A DNA stretch of 64,000 bases from Chrysemys picta bellii (lineage: Eukaryota). Below, piece after piece: positions 31,101-43,500 of this stretch. A program made the translations under genes and the position numbers. The notes under the pieces were generated by a model. That model had not been told where the DNA came from and made no database searches. It was given only the letters and a program-made list of their open reading frames with translations. The stretch spans positions 85,498,001 through 85,562,000 of the forward strand of contig NC_088800.1 in NCBI RefSeq assembly GCF_011386835.1, given 5' to 3'. How positions within the stretch are numbered: the first letter of the stretch is position 1; every line of letters begins with the position of its first letter.

Positions 31101-33046
31101 GTGTAGTTCTCAACAGGGATAATGTGCAGCTGTTACATGGTTTAATACGACACTGATATTTACTCCTTTACTTAACATTTTCCTGAATCTCTATAGAATT
31201 TGATAAGTACAAGTCTCGAAAATAAATCAAAGAACATATTGTATCTGAAGTCTTCCCTAACTGCAGTAAACCCACTATGTCCAATTCTACATTAACTAGT
31301 GTCGAGAACAAATTCTACATGACACAGGCATTTCAGCTAGAAGCCTTTTGAGGCTTACAAAGGAGACATAATAAAGGGTAGAGATATGACTAATGCCTCT
31401 TGCACACGTCCAGAGTTACAGATGAATGCTGACATTAATTTATAACTAACCTTTTGTAAGTGTTTTTTCAGCTCATATCCTGGTAACACTGAAAGATATT
31501 ATGAACTGCACAATTATTGCTGTATGAACAAGATGATACATTTACATGTTTCAAGTGTTTAAGTACGAGGAAATGGCACTAATACACTGCCAGACTTGTT
31601 CAAACTGAACAATGAGAGAGAAATTAAAACACAGACTTTCCTTCAATTACCAATAGAACTTCTGTGGAATAACGGAACACGCAATTTGCATATCTGATTA
31701 CTTGAGTTATTTTTTAAACACAAAAGCTTAAAATATTCATTGTGGAGGTTAGTGCAGCAAGAACAAAAGCTATCTGGAGGCCTATTTTAAAGTTGCGAAG
31801 CAAAATAACCTGAGCATTCATTCTTACCTAGGCAAGTAGCTGGTGTCAGGCCCTCACACCAGCTCTGCAAGGAAGGTATTAACATCGGAAATGTAAAGGA
31901 AGCACCATGCTGTTCCAGTACTTAACCACTATTCCACACAAAATAAGCCCAGGGAGTAATATATAGACACCGTGTACTATACAGATTCCTCAAAGGAGCA
32001 GCAGATTTAGAGTTTACACAGCTGAAGCCCAGGCAAACATTTGTTTTGATATTGAGGGACTGGGGAGTTCTAAGGATGGGCACAACTATTTTTTTTTTTT
32101 TGTAATCGGTTGATATAATTCTTTCTTGCAAATGGTATTAATGTAGGACAGTTCTGTGTGATTACACTTACGGCATTATCTCATTAGTATGCAAGTGCCT
32201 TTAAAAATTAATCCTTAATAAAGAGTGAAGAACATTCCTCATATCCTTCCTTTTGGGAAACAAGATAAAGTCTCAATATATTATGTTTACTGTATACTTT
32301 AAATACATCTCTGATATATATTTAGTGTCAGTCAGGGTAATTACTTTATATACCACACATACTTTACATATAAATCCAATATTTGGACAAATACAACATA
32401 CAGAAGATACCATTAATATACTTTGCATGTAGAACCGGTCCAGTTTGTATCACAACTGCAATTTATATGATCAAATACAGGACAGATATTTGAATTGCTC
32501 TCCCTTGAAGTTACACCTGCAATAGGCTGCACATCTAGAACAGGACCTGAGTAAGCATCAAGAATCCAGCATGGGACCAAATTCTAACTGAGCCAGCCTG
32601 TGCAAGCATAGGAGAAGAGAGCCATTAGACAGCTATACCAAAGAGTTAATTCCCTGAATAATCAAGTCTGAGCTACGGTTTGTCCATCAAAACATACCGC
32701 AAGGTTGGTTCGTTTTTTTAAATCTATTCTATTTTCCTTAACCCAGTCCAGCAAAACAATACCCTGACACCTCATATTGCAAACATTTGGATGTACTTGT
32801 TGGCTTTAAAAACCACAAGAAGACTGGGTTACACTATAATGCCCTCTTCATTTCAAAGTGCATTTTAAAAACAAGATTTGTAAACAAGATTATCGTAGGA
32901 CTCAAATTGAAGGTTAAAAGCTAACCGTTTGCAATTGCAAGTGGTGTCACACTGCATGTGTGTATTAAAGTAATGAGTGGTGATATTAGCTACTGCCCTT
33001 CACTAACGTGGGTACCTTTTCAGGAGCTGGAGAGATTTTTGCTATT

Positions 33047-36000
33047 TTAATCCTCAAGTGCAGGAAGAAGGTCAGCTATACTATCAACATAGTAATCAGG
33101 AACCAGGCTTTTCCTGGTAGGGCAGTCACTCTCCTGGTGACCTTTGACTTCTTCCAGGGTAGTGACTCCAGTGAGAGTCAAAAGGGTGGTGAGGCCGCAG
33201 TTATTGCCCATAAGGATGTCTGTGTCCAGTCGATCTCCCACCATGATGGTACGAGCGGGATCGATCTTGAACTCGCTCGTCAAGCAGTCGAAAATGTATC
33301 GGCTGGGCTTGCCTATGATGAACGCCTCACGTTCTGCTGCCATCTCCACTGCTTTCACAAGACAGCCAGTCCCTAAAGGCAGAAGAGAAAAGTTAAGTGA
33401 AATATAGGACACGACTTGTGGTACCCAGATGAGCCAGTGCTGCACTGCATGGTACTTCAGAAGTGTAACCCCACAGTATTAAAGACCTAATAATGGGCAA
33501 GAGGCAGCTTGCCTGGTGCAGATTAAGGCAGAGTAGGGAAGTCCAACCCCTCCCTCTCATTTTATAAAATATTTTAATTTGCAATAACTAAAAGGGGGTT
33601 GCGGAGCTACCCCGCCAGCGAAGCCATGCAGAATGATTGCAGACCTCACGGCTGTGCCTGCATTCCACCAGATCCCCAGTCGGCTGCAAAGGGTGGGATG
33701 CTTGCATGTTACTGCAACAGAAGAGGGTTTAGAGTAAAGGTTTTTCTAGAAAATCCAGTTCTGTGACTGAACAGGCAGTGTTCCCTCAAATTTTTTACAT
33801 CCACATGTGGAATGAATTTTGTTATGTGCACCAATATGGAGGTGATGTGTGACACATCACCTTCATATTGGTGTACATAACAAAATTTATGTGGTGGGGG
33901 TGGGGCCGAGTGATTCGGAGTGCGGGAGGCTGGGGCAGAGGTGCGTGAGGGCTCTGGCTGGGGTTGCGGGGTTTGGGGTGGGGCCGGGGATGAAGGGTTC
34001 AGGCTGCCCTGGGGCTGTGGTGGGGAGAGAGGACTCCCCCCAGCCCTTCCCCCTGGCTGCGGCTCGGAGCCCCTGCGCTGGGGCCAACGGGGAGGGGCGC
34101 CTCTCCCCGCGGCCCGGAGCCCCTGTGCGGGGCTTAATAGGCAGCAGTGCGGCAACGCAGCTTAGAGGGAACTTAGGCCACAAGTCAGCCAGGGTCAAAC
34201 CCCTCAAGCTTCTCACATTCCAGAATACTCCAGATTTAGATTGCCTCATTTGCTCTGACTGGAATTGGAAAGATTCTACCTGTGTGTTCAACAATAGAGA
34301 TCAGGCTGCTAGGGACCACTGGCCCCAACAGATCCAGGCTCCACTAGGGAACAGGGCAGCCCTGAACAATGGAGCCAGTGCGGTCCCCAACCACCTAGCA
34401 TCAGAGTGCTGGTTTCTACATAGCTGTAATCAGTGGACTGTATCCAGGAAAGACACCTGTCCCCAAAACTTGTACTGGCATCGAGAGGCCCATATGCAAA
34501 CAGCATAGGTGTCCCCCCACGTTCTTTAACAAAATACAGCAGAGGAGATTCAATTGAAGCATAAAGTCATACAAGCTGTAGGTACTGCCATCACATCCAT
34601 ACCTCTTGCAACAAAGAAAGAAGGGTGAAGAAACTAAATAAGAAGCTACAAAATGCGAAAGAGGGATGCATGTTGTTCAGGAAAGCACTTTTCACTCACA
34701 ACAACTTGGGGGTGGGCTGGAGAGCAAAGGAGTTGATGCCAAGGCAAAGGGACATCTAGAGTAGGACCCACAAAGGGTCTTCCAGGGGAAGAATATGGAG
34801 AATAACTGAATGGCCCTTTCCTCATTCCAATGTTGGAGTGAAGTAGGCTGGATGTGCCACAGAGCTGTCTAACAGCTCTGAGCGTCAGCACATGACCTGG
34901 TCGAGGGGGTTACAGATGGGGCTCAGAAAAGTAACAGATGTGACATCAGGGGCCACAACATTGCCTGCCCAAGAAGACTGCAGACAGGCATGGAGCTGTG
35001 TGACAGCTGTGACCCAAGGGGGACAGCACATCACCTGGCCAAAGGGACTGTGGATGGGGCACAGAGCTGTGTGACAGCTGTGACCCAAGGGGGACAGCAC
35101 ATCACCTGGCCAAAGGGACTGTAGATGGGGCACAGAGCTGCGTGACAGCTGTGACCCAAGGGGGCCAGCATATCACCTGGCCAAGGGGACTGTAGATGGG
35201 GCACAGAGCTGTGTGACAGCTGTGACCCAAGGGGGCCAGCACATCACCTGGCCAAGGGGACTGTAGATGGGGCACAGAGCTGCGTGACAGCTGTGACCCA
35301 AGGGGGCCAGCACATCACCTGGCCAAAGGGACTGTGGATAGGGCACAGAGCTGTGTGACAGCTGTGACCCAAGGGGGCCAGCACATCACCTGGCCAAGGG
35401 GACTGTAGATGGGGCACAGAGCTGCGTGACAGCTGTGACCCAAGGGGGCCAGCACATCACCTGGCCAAGGGGACTGTAGATGGGGCACAGAGCTGTGTGA
35501 CAGCTGTGACCCAAGGGGGCCAGCACATCACCTGGCCAAAGGGACTGTGGATGGGGCACAGAGCTGTGTGACAGCTGTGACCCAAGGGGGCCAGCACATC
35601 ACCTGGCCAAGGGGACTGTAGATGGGGCACAGCGCTGCGTGACAGCTGTGACTCCAAGTACCAGTGCATTGGCCAGCCGAGGGGCTGCAGGGACCTGGCA
35701 CTAAACTCACCATGGGGACATATTTTTGGTGCTATTTCAAGCCCCAACCACCCACGCAAGAAGCCATGTTCCAGGCCGAGGCCGAGGCCAGGGCCGACCC
35801 CCCTCCCCCGGGAGCGGCCTGAGGGACACATCGCGCCCCCCCCCGTCCCACGAGGAGCGGGACAGGAGGCCCGCCCCCCAGCCACGCACCGGGGATGGCG
35901 GCGCCGCCCTCCAGCGGCAGGCGGTGGTCGCGGTTGGTGCCCACCAGCAGGCAGTCGGGGCCGCCCCGCAGCAGGTAGCGCAGCGCCAGGCACAGCTTGG

Positions 36001-36505
36001 CGTAGCAGAAGTGCTCGTCGAAGCCCACCAGCACGGCGCGCACGGACGGATCCAGCGGCGCGCGGGTCCAGTCGGCGGGGCCGGGCCCGGGCAGGGCGGC
36101 GGGGCCGGGCCCCAGGTGCGGGACGCCGACGGCCCGCAGCTCGGCGCTGAGGGCGGGGCTGCCCAGCACGTAGGCGGCGGCGCCGGGCGGCAGGGCCTGG
36201 CTGAGGTAGCGGGCGGCGCAGTAGGCCGAGCCGAAGACCTGGCGGGGCTCGGCCGGGGGGAAGCCCAGGCGCCGCAGCTTCTCGGCGTAGGCGTCCCGCG
36301 TGCGGCTGCTGTTGTTGGTCACGTAGTAGAGGCGCTTGGCCCGGGCCTGCAGGCGGCTCAGCACGGCCGGCGCGCCCGCCACCGCCGCGTCGCCCCGCCA
36401 CAGCACCCCGTCGCAGTCGAACAGCAGCGTGTCCGCCGCGCCCAGCACCTCCCGGGCCGCGGCCGGCTCCAGCCGCAGGCCCCGCCGCGCCGCGCGCTCC
36501 GCCAT
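33047..36505 (-). CDS. PGP: Phosphoglycolate phosphatase / glycerol-3-phosphate phosphatase (HAD family), 313 aa, 2 exons
   Basis: Exon 1 36505-35890 (HAD motif I FDCDGVLW; TNNS; donor G|GTGCGT) and exon 2 33372-33047 ([14 protein letters not shown]) total 942 nt. The phase-1 junction gives IPG|TGCLV. Confidence 0.98.
33776..34176. mobile_element. hAT-like non-autonomous element in the PGP intron
   Basis: Starts CAGTGTTCCCTC and ends TAGAGGGAAC(TTAG), with a GC-rich interior. No TSD recognisable. Confidence 0.55.
34993..35655. repeat. 71-bp minisatellite, about 9.3 copies, with about 2 degenerate copies upstream from ~34850
   Basis: TCACCTGGCC recurs at 35031, 35102, 35173, 35244, 35315, 35386, 35457, 35528 and 35599 (period 71). 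Confidence 0.97.
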
Positions 36506-37560
36506 GGTCTGACTGACTGAGTGACTGACCCGCTCACCTCAGCCGGCCAGCGCGCGCGCTGGGCGCAGGCCCCCGCCCAGGCCGCCGGCTATTGGGTAGC
36601 CGGGCGCGGAGCCCCGCCCACGCGTCTGCCCATTGGGCAAAGTACCAAGGGAGCCCCGCCCCCGCCGTTGCTCGTTGGGGGAGCGGGCATGAAGTCCCGC
36701 CCACTCCGTAGTCCAATGGGTGACAGGCCCCATCACCTTGGTCATGTCGCACGGGGACCCGATCGTGCCGTAACCTATGCTGATCGGGCCCTCAGCCCCG
36801 CCCCTACATCTCATTGGGTAACACACCCTCTTCTCAGCCCATTGGCTACCCGAGCCCCGCCCCCTAGTTGCACCGGGCAGTAACTGGTCACCTGAGCGCT
36901 CAGGTTCACGAAGGGCACGGAGGGTCAGGGGTCAGTGGGGGATCATAGGGGTCAGAGGAGTGGTGGGTCAGAGCGCGGCCCCTGCGCGGGGCTCCTTACT
37001 CCCCCTCCCATTACCTGCCGAACCCCCGCTCCGCCCCTCCCCTTCCCTGTGGCATGCGGCCCGTTGTTATGACGACACGGCCGTAAAGCCGCCATCTTGG
37101 TGGTGCGGCGCGTTGCGACATGGAGGCCGTGATGGCAACGAGCGCAGGGCCGGCGGGGCTTACGGCAGCCGCGGCCGGGGAGCAGGAGGGGGCGGCGGCT
37201 GCCGCCTCCAGCCCGGCCCAGGCGCCCGCCGGCCCCACCGCCTTTCTCAGCCTCCCGGCGCCCTTCAGCGAGGAAGGTAACGGGCCTGGGGCGGGCCCGC
37301 TCCCCGCGCCGGGGCCTGAGGGGCGAGCGGCCTGCTGAGGGGGTGGCGCGCTCCGGGCCCCTCCCGGAGGCGGGGGCCCGGTCAGCGCTGGGCCCCCAGA
37401 GCGCCCCTGGCCCGCCCCGGCCTCAGCATCCCCGGGCCCCCGCTGGTGACTGGGGAGCCGCGAGGGACCAGGGTTGTGTCGGTTCGCTGGGCCCAGAGAG
37501 GGCGGCGAGGGGACCTGGCAACGCGCGGGCGAAGGAAGTTCGCAGTTGTTGAATGCGAAG
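35760..37560. promoter_or_regulatory. CpG island; bidirectional PGP/E4F1 promoter
   Basis: Divergent ATGs at 36505 (-) and 37120 (+). The interval holds several CCAAT/ATTGG boxes (~36591, 36631, 36713, 36813, 36841), GC boxes (CCCCGCCC) and a YY1 motif GCCGCCATCTTG at 37088-37099. Confidence 0.85.
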
Positions 37561-40500
37561 GAATGGACATAGACGACTCGGACACCCTGTAGCCACTCAG
37601 GGCAGGGACTGGGGGTCTCCAGTGCGGCGGGGACCTTTGCTCGGGGGGCAGCTGCGGCCCCAAAAAGCAAATGGTGTTCTGCTGCGGGAGGATCGGGCTG
37701 GGGACTAAGCCAAAGGCTATGAGAATGGCTTGACCTGCTTCAGTGGGGTGGTCTCATATGGGCTATTCCAGGGGTTCTCAAACTGGGGGGCGGGACCCCT
37801 CAGGGGGTCGCGAGCTGTCAACCTCCACCCCAAACCCTGCTTTGCCTCCAGCATTTATAATGGTGTTAAATATATTAAAAAAAACTGTTTTTAGTTTATA
37901 AGGGGGGTCGCACTCAGAGACTTGCTGTGTGAAAGGGCAAAAAGTTTGAGAGCCGCTGGACTATTGCCTGCAGTCCTGGTCACCCATCTCCAAGAGGATG
38001 TTGCAGAATTAGATGGGATGCAGAGAAGGGTGATGGAAATGATGAGGGGCCTGGAAAAACTCTCATTGAAAAAGAGTGAAAAAAAAATGGGGGTAATTTC
38101 CCGTAGAAAGGAGGACATGATAAAAAAGTAGATAAAATGAGAAATGTTCTAGTAGGGGCAGATAGGGAACTTCAGTTCTCCCTGTCATACAACACAACAA
38201 GAGAATAGTCAATTAAAATTTAAAAATGGCTAATTCAAAACGGAAAAAGGAAATATTTTTTCAGGAAATTCATATTCATTGCAACAGGAAGCTGTTGCGG
38301 AAAAGAATTTAGCCAAATCCAAAAAAAGGACTGGACCTTTGTATGAATGACAGTGTCCAGAGTTACGTGAGTTAATGCTAACAACAAATTTGGAAGGGAT
38401 ATTAAACCTCATGCTTCATGGTGTAAACTAATCTCTAACTAGTAGAAATCTGGTTGAGAACTAATGCGGGGGGAGGGGATCATCTCACCTTTGCCTGCTG
38501 AGGTGTTCTTACACCTTCCTCTGAAGATCTGATGCTGGCCACAGTTAGGGATGGGATACTGAAGTAGCTGGATCTCAGGTCTGATCCAGTATGGCCATTG
38601 CTATGTTCCGAGAAATCAGCTCTAGACTCTAGGGCAGGGGTTCTCAGAATTTTGTACTGGTGACCCGTTTCACATAGCAAGCTTCTGAGTGTGACTCCCC
38701 CCCCCCCCCTTATACATTAATAGCACTTTTAAAAATATATTTAACACCATTATAAATGCTGGAGCCAAAGCGGAGTTTGGGCTGGAGGCTGACAGCTTGC
38801 GACCCCATGAGGGGTCCCAACCCCCAGTTTGAGAGCCCCTGCTCTAGGGCCTGGTCTACACTGGGGGGGGGAAGAGATCGATCTAAGTTACGCAACTTCA
38901 ACTACGTGAATAATGTAGCTGAAGTCAACGTACTTAGATCGTACTTGTATCGACTTACTGTGGTGTCTTCACCGTGGTGAGTCGACTGCTGCCACTGCCG
39001 TCAACTCTGCCTGGGCCTCTCCCCAAGCTGGAGTACAGGCGTCGTCAGGAGAGTGCTTGGGGGTTGATTTAATTGATCCCCGCTGGATCGATCGCTGCCC
39101 GCCGATCTGGCTGAAGACATACCCTTAAAGTCCTCTTCTAAAGCCTGTCTCTTTGGTTTTATTTCCTGATTAAGGCTTCCTATCCCTTTCCAGGTTTCTT
39201 AGGCAGATAGTGAGGATTAGTGCTGATTGAGGGAGATGCTGTAATGGGCTATGTAGTAAGGCAGCTTTGTAAATTTTCACTCTCTTGGGGATGAGTAACT
39301 CCACTTTTGGGGGGGCAAGGAACATGTCACTAGATTTCTTTTTTAATATCATCCTCTGCTCTGTTGTCTGAGTTGGTAAATGTTCGTGATCCTTTTGCAA
39401 GACTGCACAGTGTTTATGTAACTTGTCTTCAAACTTGGAGCTCCTTATCTTGTTGCTGCTGGCTGTGACCTGTCCAACCCGTGTCCCTGTGATGCATAAA
39501 TGCCACGGTGTTGCCCCTTAAGCAAATTAACATCACAGCCCTCTATAGACCCCAAAAGAAAATACTGCTGTAGGAGCAAAAATGTATCTAATGGGTAAAC
39601 AGTCCTCATTCTTACACGCTCCAATTTCAACTTCCTCTCTTCATATTGTAGGAGATTTAGTAGACTGGGTGGCAAAGGGCTATTGTCATAGTCTTAAACA
39701 CCGTGTATGTTAACTTCCAAATCTAATAATTTCTTACATTTTAAATTGCAGATGAAGATGATGTTCATAAGTGTGGTCGTTGTCATTCTGAGTTCACCTC
39801 TTTGGAAGAATTTGTACAACACAAATTACAAAAGATCTGTCAACGAACTCAAGAAGCCATTACTGCCACATCAACAAGTCTTCCTAGCCAAGAAGTACAA
39901 AAGGTGACAGCCATGTCTCAAAATAATTAGAACAATAATCTAACATAAGCGAACATCAGATACGATTTTAACTTTTCCTACTAAAACATCTGTTACAGGA
40001 GGTTGTTCCTTCTGTTGAGGAGTCCATAACTGTTGCTCATATAGTTGTTGAAGCATCTTCAATAGCAGAAGAAATCAGTAATGCATCTTCTATAGTAGGT
40101 AAGTTGCAAGGTCTTTATGTAACTGATGTTACTTTAGTAATCTATTATTTAGTCTATTGCCTTACTGTAAAGGTTAGTCAGATAGTTGCATTGTAAATTT
40201 GAGTTGTGCCCTCACTAGCTCTGTAAGAATTTGATTTCATAGTCAATACTGTATGGTGTCAGAGTTGTTTTAGCTTCACTCTGTTGTGTATATGGGGAGA
40301 AACAGAGTTTAGGTGCTTTTTAAGCAATGAAAATGTATACTAGTTTTCAGTTAATAGCTTCTTTTGCAAATTCCAGTTTTTAGGGAGTTATAACTTTAAT
40401 ACACACATCTTCTGGTCTGAAAATTGCTATGTGTACACTTCCTAAGAAAGCTTTGTGGATAGAAGTTCTCTAGTACATCACAAAAATGACCTTGACTCTT

Positions 40501-43500
40501 TTAGAAATAATTTGGATCTTCTGGAGTGAATTCTAAAATGGAGGCAAAAATTATAATTGAATAAACTTGTGTATGTAGGTCCTTGTTTGGCGATGTTAAC
40601 TCTGCAACTGAATATGGTTTCTCATTAGAATTTTAGATTTTAGTTCAAATGAAGTCACATTAAATTATTAATCAATGTCCATAATAATTAGTAATGGAAA
40701 TATTTTCTCTTGTTAAAATAAAGACTTTAATGTTTCTGAAACCTTACTTCCATTATTCATTTCTGCATGTATTCATTTTAGTAAATTGATAGGTCCTCTA
40801 GAAAAAACATAAATTACAAAATACTTTTTTCTATTGAAGCTGTACCCAGTTAGAAAGTTTTAAATGAACTCTTTCCCTGTCAGTTTTCCATTTAGTCCAT
40901 AATCACTGCATCCCTGTCTAATGTGGTTTGGCAGAAGTACAACATTTTGTTTTAGTGTCTCCGCAGTGTAACTGATTTTGGCTTGCACTGTATTGCCTGT
41001 TTTCTGTACAAAATAAATCCATGCTGCAGGGGAATTGACCAGACCACCTAGTTACAGGTCCCTTCCAACTCAAATGTTTGTGGTATTTACTTTCAAAGGT
41101 TATGTGAGATGACATCTCTGCAGATTAAAGGCCTTGTTGACTAGTCTGGTGGTTGACAGTCTAACACATTGTCTCACATAGGGATCTGTGTGGGGCTCCT
41201 GAGCTCTGGGCTTGGTAGAACTAAGGAGGGAGCATGCTAAATCTCCACAACTATCATGATGAGTGGAAATCCTGCAAGGCACCTTTCCAACTCTAACTTG
41301 AGTATATTTATTATGTATTTTATTTAGATTTAAAACTCCACTTCAAAGAACATCCATCCTGAGCTCTAACACCTTTAGCATGACTTTGAAAACGCAATAA
41401 AGAGTTCCATAATCAGTCAATATTGACTTTGGCATATACCATTTGTGTTTGGTCACCTGCTTCTCTTTTCTTTCCACGACTTGATATCCTAAAAGATTGA
41501 CTCCATTGAGTCATGTGAACCTGAGTTATGTAAAGAATGTAGCTGTCTTCATATCATTTTCCCAGGTAGTGGGCACATCAAAGAAGTCATTGTCACAGGA
41601 GAACAAGTTTTTGAAAACCCAAATGGCCAGATTGATGGTGAGATCACTGAAGGGCAGGGCAGTCCCGATGACATGGAACAAGATGGCTCCACAGAGCTGA
41701 TCAGGGTTAAGCTGCTGGTTAATAAAGAAGGTCGATATGTGTGTGAGTTATGCCACAAGACGTTTAAAACAGTAAGTTATGGAGCTGGTAGCTTTACAAT
41801 CTACTTTTGTAATGTTCATATTATCAAATCTTTTAGCACAGTTGTGCATCATGATCTCTTCAGACTTGATAGAAAACTCATTTCCTAATACATTATCTTA
41901 TTTGGAGATTGACCTCATTTCAAAACTCGTGCCAGTCAGTCAAATCGGACATTCGTGATAAAGCTTTAATTGCTGTCTAAAAGGAACTGCCATACTCGAT
42001 CACACCAGTGGACTATTATCTTTATCTGGTACCCTGTCTCTGATAGTGGCCAGTGAGGAAAGTGTGAAACCTCTATAATGGACAATCATGGAATAATCTG
42101 CAGGTGAAGCTGCTTCTTAACTGTAGTAATTGGCTTAAGCCCTGAAGCAGGAAGGCTTATATAACTTATGTAGTTTTGCATTAGGCTGTATTCCAACATG
42201 TCCATTATCTTCACTTGTAAATTTAATAATACAAGCACTTCTTTAATCCTGGTAATGGCTGGAACTTTGTGCTTTTTGTCAACATTCTAGCAGTTCTACA
42301 GTTACATTTTTGATTAATAGTGTGAGTGTTCTTGAATGTCTTTGATTTTGTTGAAATGTAAAACAATTAATAAAGGAGCATTTCTACCAATTTTTTAAAA
42401 ATCAACTCATTTTCTAGGCCAGTATCCTTAAAGCTCACATGATCACTCATAGTAGCAGGAAGGACTATGAATGTAAATTATGTGGAACATCATTTAGGAC
42501 AAAGGGGTCTCTCATTCGACACCACCGGCGTCACACAGGTAAGATGCTCTCTGTTTTAGTATAGTGGTTCCTAATTGCTGGACTGGGCTGTACTTGGCTC
42601 CTCCATCTTGCCTTAAGTGATGAGCTGAAATGCTCCACTGTTTTCCACCATGCACTGAGCTGAATGCAGTCTAAATCCCGTGGTGTTGGGGCTGCTCAGA
42701 ATCCCTGTTTCAAAAACTCTTGCCGTTGCAGATAGTGCATGTAATTGGATGGAAGGTAGTGGGCAAAGGCAATTAAACTTGCTCCAAAAGGTTGGGAAGA
42801 GCTGTATTCAAAGTATGTTTGATCAAGTGAAAACTCTTGGATGGTGTTAATAGAATTTGTTTGATGTAATGATTCATGCTTTCTCTTACTTTGTCAAGAT
42901 GAGCGACCTTACAAATGCAAGAAGTGTGGGAAAAGCTTCAGGGAATCAGGAGCTTTGACACGGCATCTGAAATCTTTGACACCTTGCACCGAAAAAATCC
43001 GTTTCAACATGAGCAAAGAAATAGTTGTTAGCAAAGATGAATTGCCAACAGGTCAGTGAAATAGCAAATGTATGTCATGCATCAAACAAAGTGTAGGTCA
43101 CGTGACATTCCTGGCATTCAAATGACATTTTCCTCCATATTTTGTGTGTGTGTGTATGTGTAGTGTAGTGTGTGGCATCTGGCTCCCATTCTCTAGAAAG
43201 AAACAACTACCTCTGGACAGGTAGCCAACCTGTCAATCCAGAGTGATCATGGACAGAGGCATGCCATGGATGAGTAAATACGGATCATAGATTGAACGAT
43301 TTATTTGAGGATCTGGCACCAAGACCATTATAATCACAAAATTGACATGGAAATCAGTGTTGAAATTTATCTATCTGCAAAATGCTGGATGTCATTGTAT
43401 GGAACAATGCTTGAAAAGGATTACACATGGTAAATGCAAAAAAGCAGTCCTTCAGCCAGAGGTTAATATGTCTAGATACACACTGAAGTAGAATTAAGTC

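Noticed and set aside
34993-35655. Regular repeat array as a possible CRISPR
   Set aside because: Units are head-to-tail with no unique spacers, there are no cas genes, and the context is a eukaryotic intron.
35457-36520. 314-aa (-) and 264-aa (+) ORFs over PGP exon 1
   Set aside because: Alternative-frame and antisense shadows of a GC-rich exon.
36534-36752. 72-aa minus-strand ORF as a PGP uORF
   Set aside because: It spans CCAAT/GC-box promoter sequence that is probably upstream of the transcription start.
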